A stretch of 26,140 nt of DNA from an uncultured Eubacteriales bacterium. GTDB taxonomy: Bacteria > Bacillota > Clostridia > Oscillospirales > Oscillospiraceae. Location: the NCBI GenBank assembly GCA_900321335.1, contig ONVR01000231.1, forward strand, positions 1 to 26,140, given 5' to 3'. A model generated the notes under the pieces. It was not told where the DNA came from, searched no databases, and worked only from the letters and a program-made list of their open reading frames with translations. Numbering within the stretch: position 1 is the stretch's first letter; every line of letters starts with the position of its first letter. Made by a program: the position numbers and the translations under genes. Below are positions 24,555-26,140 of the stretch, one piece after another.

Positions 24555-26140
24555 ATGGAACAGGTGCAGACAGCAAAAATCGCGGTTTCGGCCGCTGTAT
24601 ATGCCATTGACAAGCCCTATTCCTATCGGATCACCCCGGCTTTTGCGGAGAAGATCCGGCCCGGTATGCGGGTCACGGTGCCTTTCGGACGGGGCAACCG
24701 CCACGTGGAAGGAGTCGTGCTGGCAACGGGCTGGGAGCCGGAGGGGGAAAAGCTCAAATCCATTGAGGCCCTTCTCGACCAGACGCCTGTCATCGAGCCC
24801 TGGCAGCTCAAGCTCGCTCTGTGGATGCGGGACCGCTTTTTCTGCACGGTCTACGAGGCCGTCAAGGCCATGCTGCCCGCCGGTATGTGGTTTAAGGACG
24901 GCAAGCGCCGGGTAAACGACAAAACGGTGGACATGGTCTCCCTGCTCATTCCGGGGGAGGAGGCCCTTTCTCTTGCGGAGAAAAAAGCAGGGCGTGCCCC
25001 CGCCCAGGCGGAGATCCTCCGCCTGCTGGCCCAGATCGGGGAGGGGAGCATCCCGGAGATCGCCTACTTTACCGGAGCATCCCGGCCCAGCTTCAACGCG
25101 CTGGTGAAAAGCGGCGTTCTGGAGCTGACCCGGCGGGAGGTTTTTCGCAGACCCGAGATCCGGGTGAGCGACGTCCCCGCGCCCATCGTCCTCAACAGCC
25201 AGCAGCAGGCGGTCTACGACGATCTGCTCCCGGTGCTGCAGGGCGGCAGGCCGGAGGCGGCGCTGCTGTACGGCGTGACGGGAAGCGGCAAGACCTCCAT
25301 CTATATCCGACTGGTGGAGCAGGTGCTGAGGATGGGCCGCTCGGCGATCATCCTCGTGCCGGAAATTGCTCTGACGCCACAGCTGATGAGCCTTTTTGCC
25401 TCCTATTTCTCCGATAACGTGGCCGTCCTGCACAGCAGTCTCGGCATCGGAGAGCGGTACGATGAGTTCAAGCGCATCCGGGAGGGAAAAGTACACGTGG
25501 TGGTGGGCACCCGGTCAGCCGTGTTCGCTCCGGTCCGGGATCTGGGCCTTCTGATCATGGACGAGGAACACGAGCGGACCTATAAATCGGAAAACGCCCC
25601 CCGGTATCACGCCCGGGATATTGCGAAATACCGCTGTGCCCACGAAAACGCTCTGCTGCTGCTGGGCTCTGCCACGCCCTCGGTGGACAGCATGGCTGCC
25701 GCCAGGAGCGGGCGCTACCGGCTGTACAGTCTCAGCACCCGCTTTAACGAGCGGGCCATGCCATCCGTCCTCATCGCCGATATGCGGGAGGATCTGAAGG
25801 CGGGCCTGGACGGCACCGTCGGCACTGTCCTGCGCCAGGAGCTGGAGAAAAACCTCGCCGCCGGGGAGCAGAGCATTCTGTTTCTCAACCGCCGGGGAGC
25901 AAACTCCCTTGTGGCCTGCGGCGTATGCGGCTATACCTACACCTGCCCCAAGTGCAGCGTGTCTCTTACGTATCACTCCGCCAACCGGCGGCTGATGTGC
26001 CACTACTGCGGCTACTCCAGACCTGTGGACGAGCACTGTCCCGAATGCGGCGGCGCTCTGCGCTTCCTCGGCAGCGGCACCCAGAAGGTGCAGCAGGAGC
26101 TGGAGGAGCTGTTCCCCGGGGTTGGTGTGGTGCGGATGGA
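24555..26140 (+). CDS. priA: Primosomal protein N' (replication restart helicase), 3'-truncated by the window
   Basis: My own translation from ATG 24555: VPFGRGN, Walker A LYGVTGSGKT, LVPEIALTPQ, DEEH, GSATPS, LNRRG and Zn-finger CxxC pairs. Absent from the ORF track because no stop falls in the window. Confidence 0.95.
   Translation, partial: MEQVQTAKIAVSAAVYAIDKPYSYRITPAFAEKIRPGMRVTVPFGRGNRHVEGVVLATGWEPEGEKLKSIEALLDQTPVIEPWQLKLALWMRDRFFCTVYEAVKAMLPAGMWFKDGKRRVNDKTVDMVSLLIPGEEALSLAEKKAGRAPAQAEILRLLAQIGEGSIPEIAYFTGASRPSFNALVKSGVLELTRREVFRRPEIRVSDVPAPIVLNSQQQAVYDDLLPVLQGGRPEAALLYGVTGSGKTSIYIRLVEQVLRMGRSAIILVPEIALTPQLMSLFASYFSDNVAVLHSSLGIGERYDEFKRIREGKVHVVVGTRSAVFAPVRDLGLLIMDEEHERTYKSENAPRYHARDIAKYRCAHENALLLLGSATPSVDSMAAARSGRYRLYSLSTRFNERAMPSVLIADMREDLKAGLDGTVGTVLRQELEKNLAAGEQSILFLNRRGANSLVACGVCGYTYTCPKCSVSLTYHSANRRLMCHYCGYSRPVDEHCPECGGALRFLGSGTQKVQQELEELFPGVGVVRM

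Overview
A 26-kb chromosomal segment of about 60% GC whose gene content and order suggest a Clostridia (probably Oscillospiraceae-like) anaerobe; the taxonomy is inferred. The left half is accessory. It has a low-GC gene tail, then a PucR/CdaR-family regulator divergent from a GPH/MFS transporter and a UroD/MtaA-like enzyme. Next come a membrane-fused spermidine-synthase-like protein, a flavin split-barrel protein paired with a Cys-rich protein carrying DxxGDG repeats, and a holin plus CHAP-endolysin cassette with no other phage genes, preceded by a promoter and a terminator-bearing leader. tRNA-Pro(GGG), tRNA-Ala(GGC), sfsA with a cupin, and a double-YARHG membrane protein follow. The middle holds a niacin-salvage unit (pncB-niaR) and a stand-alone PTS-EIIC-like (PfoR-family) permease whose promoter carries a NiaR-type operator, followed by glyA. 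The right half is a tightly packed run: cdaA-cdaR-DUF5685-J-domain/TPR/Cys-tail protein-membrane protein-yloC-remA-gmk-rpoZ-priA (priA is cut by the window edge). No CRISPR array, rRNA, integrase or transposase was seen. The best leads are (1) the NiaR-controlled EIIC-like permease, (2) the orphan attenuated lysis cassette, and (3) the DUF5685 (two Asp-rich motifs) and Cys-tail J-protein pair sitting where glmM usually follows cdaA-cdaR. All family assignments come from motif recognition by eye; no database search was run.
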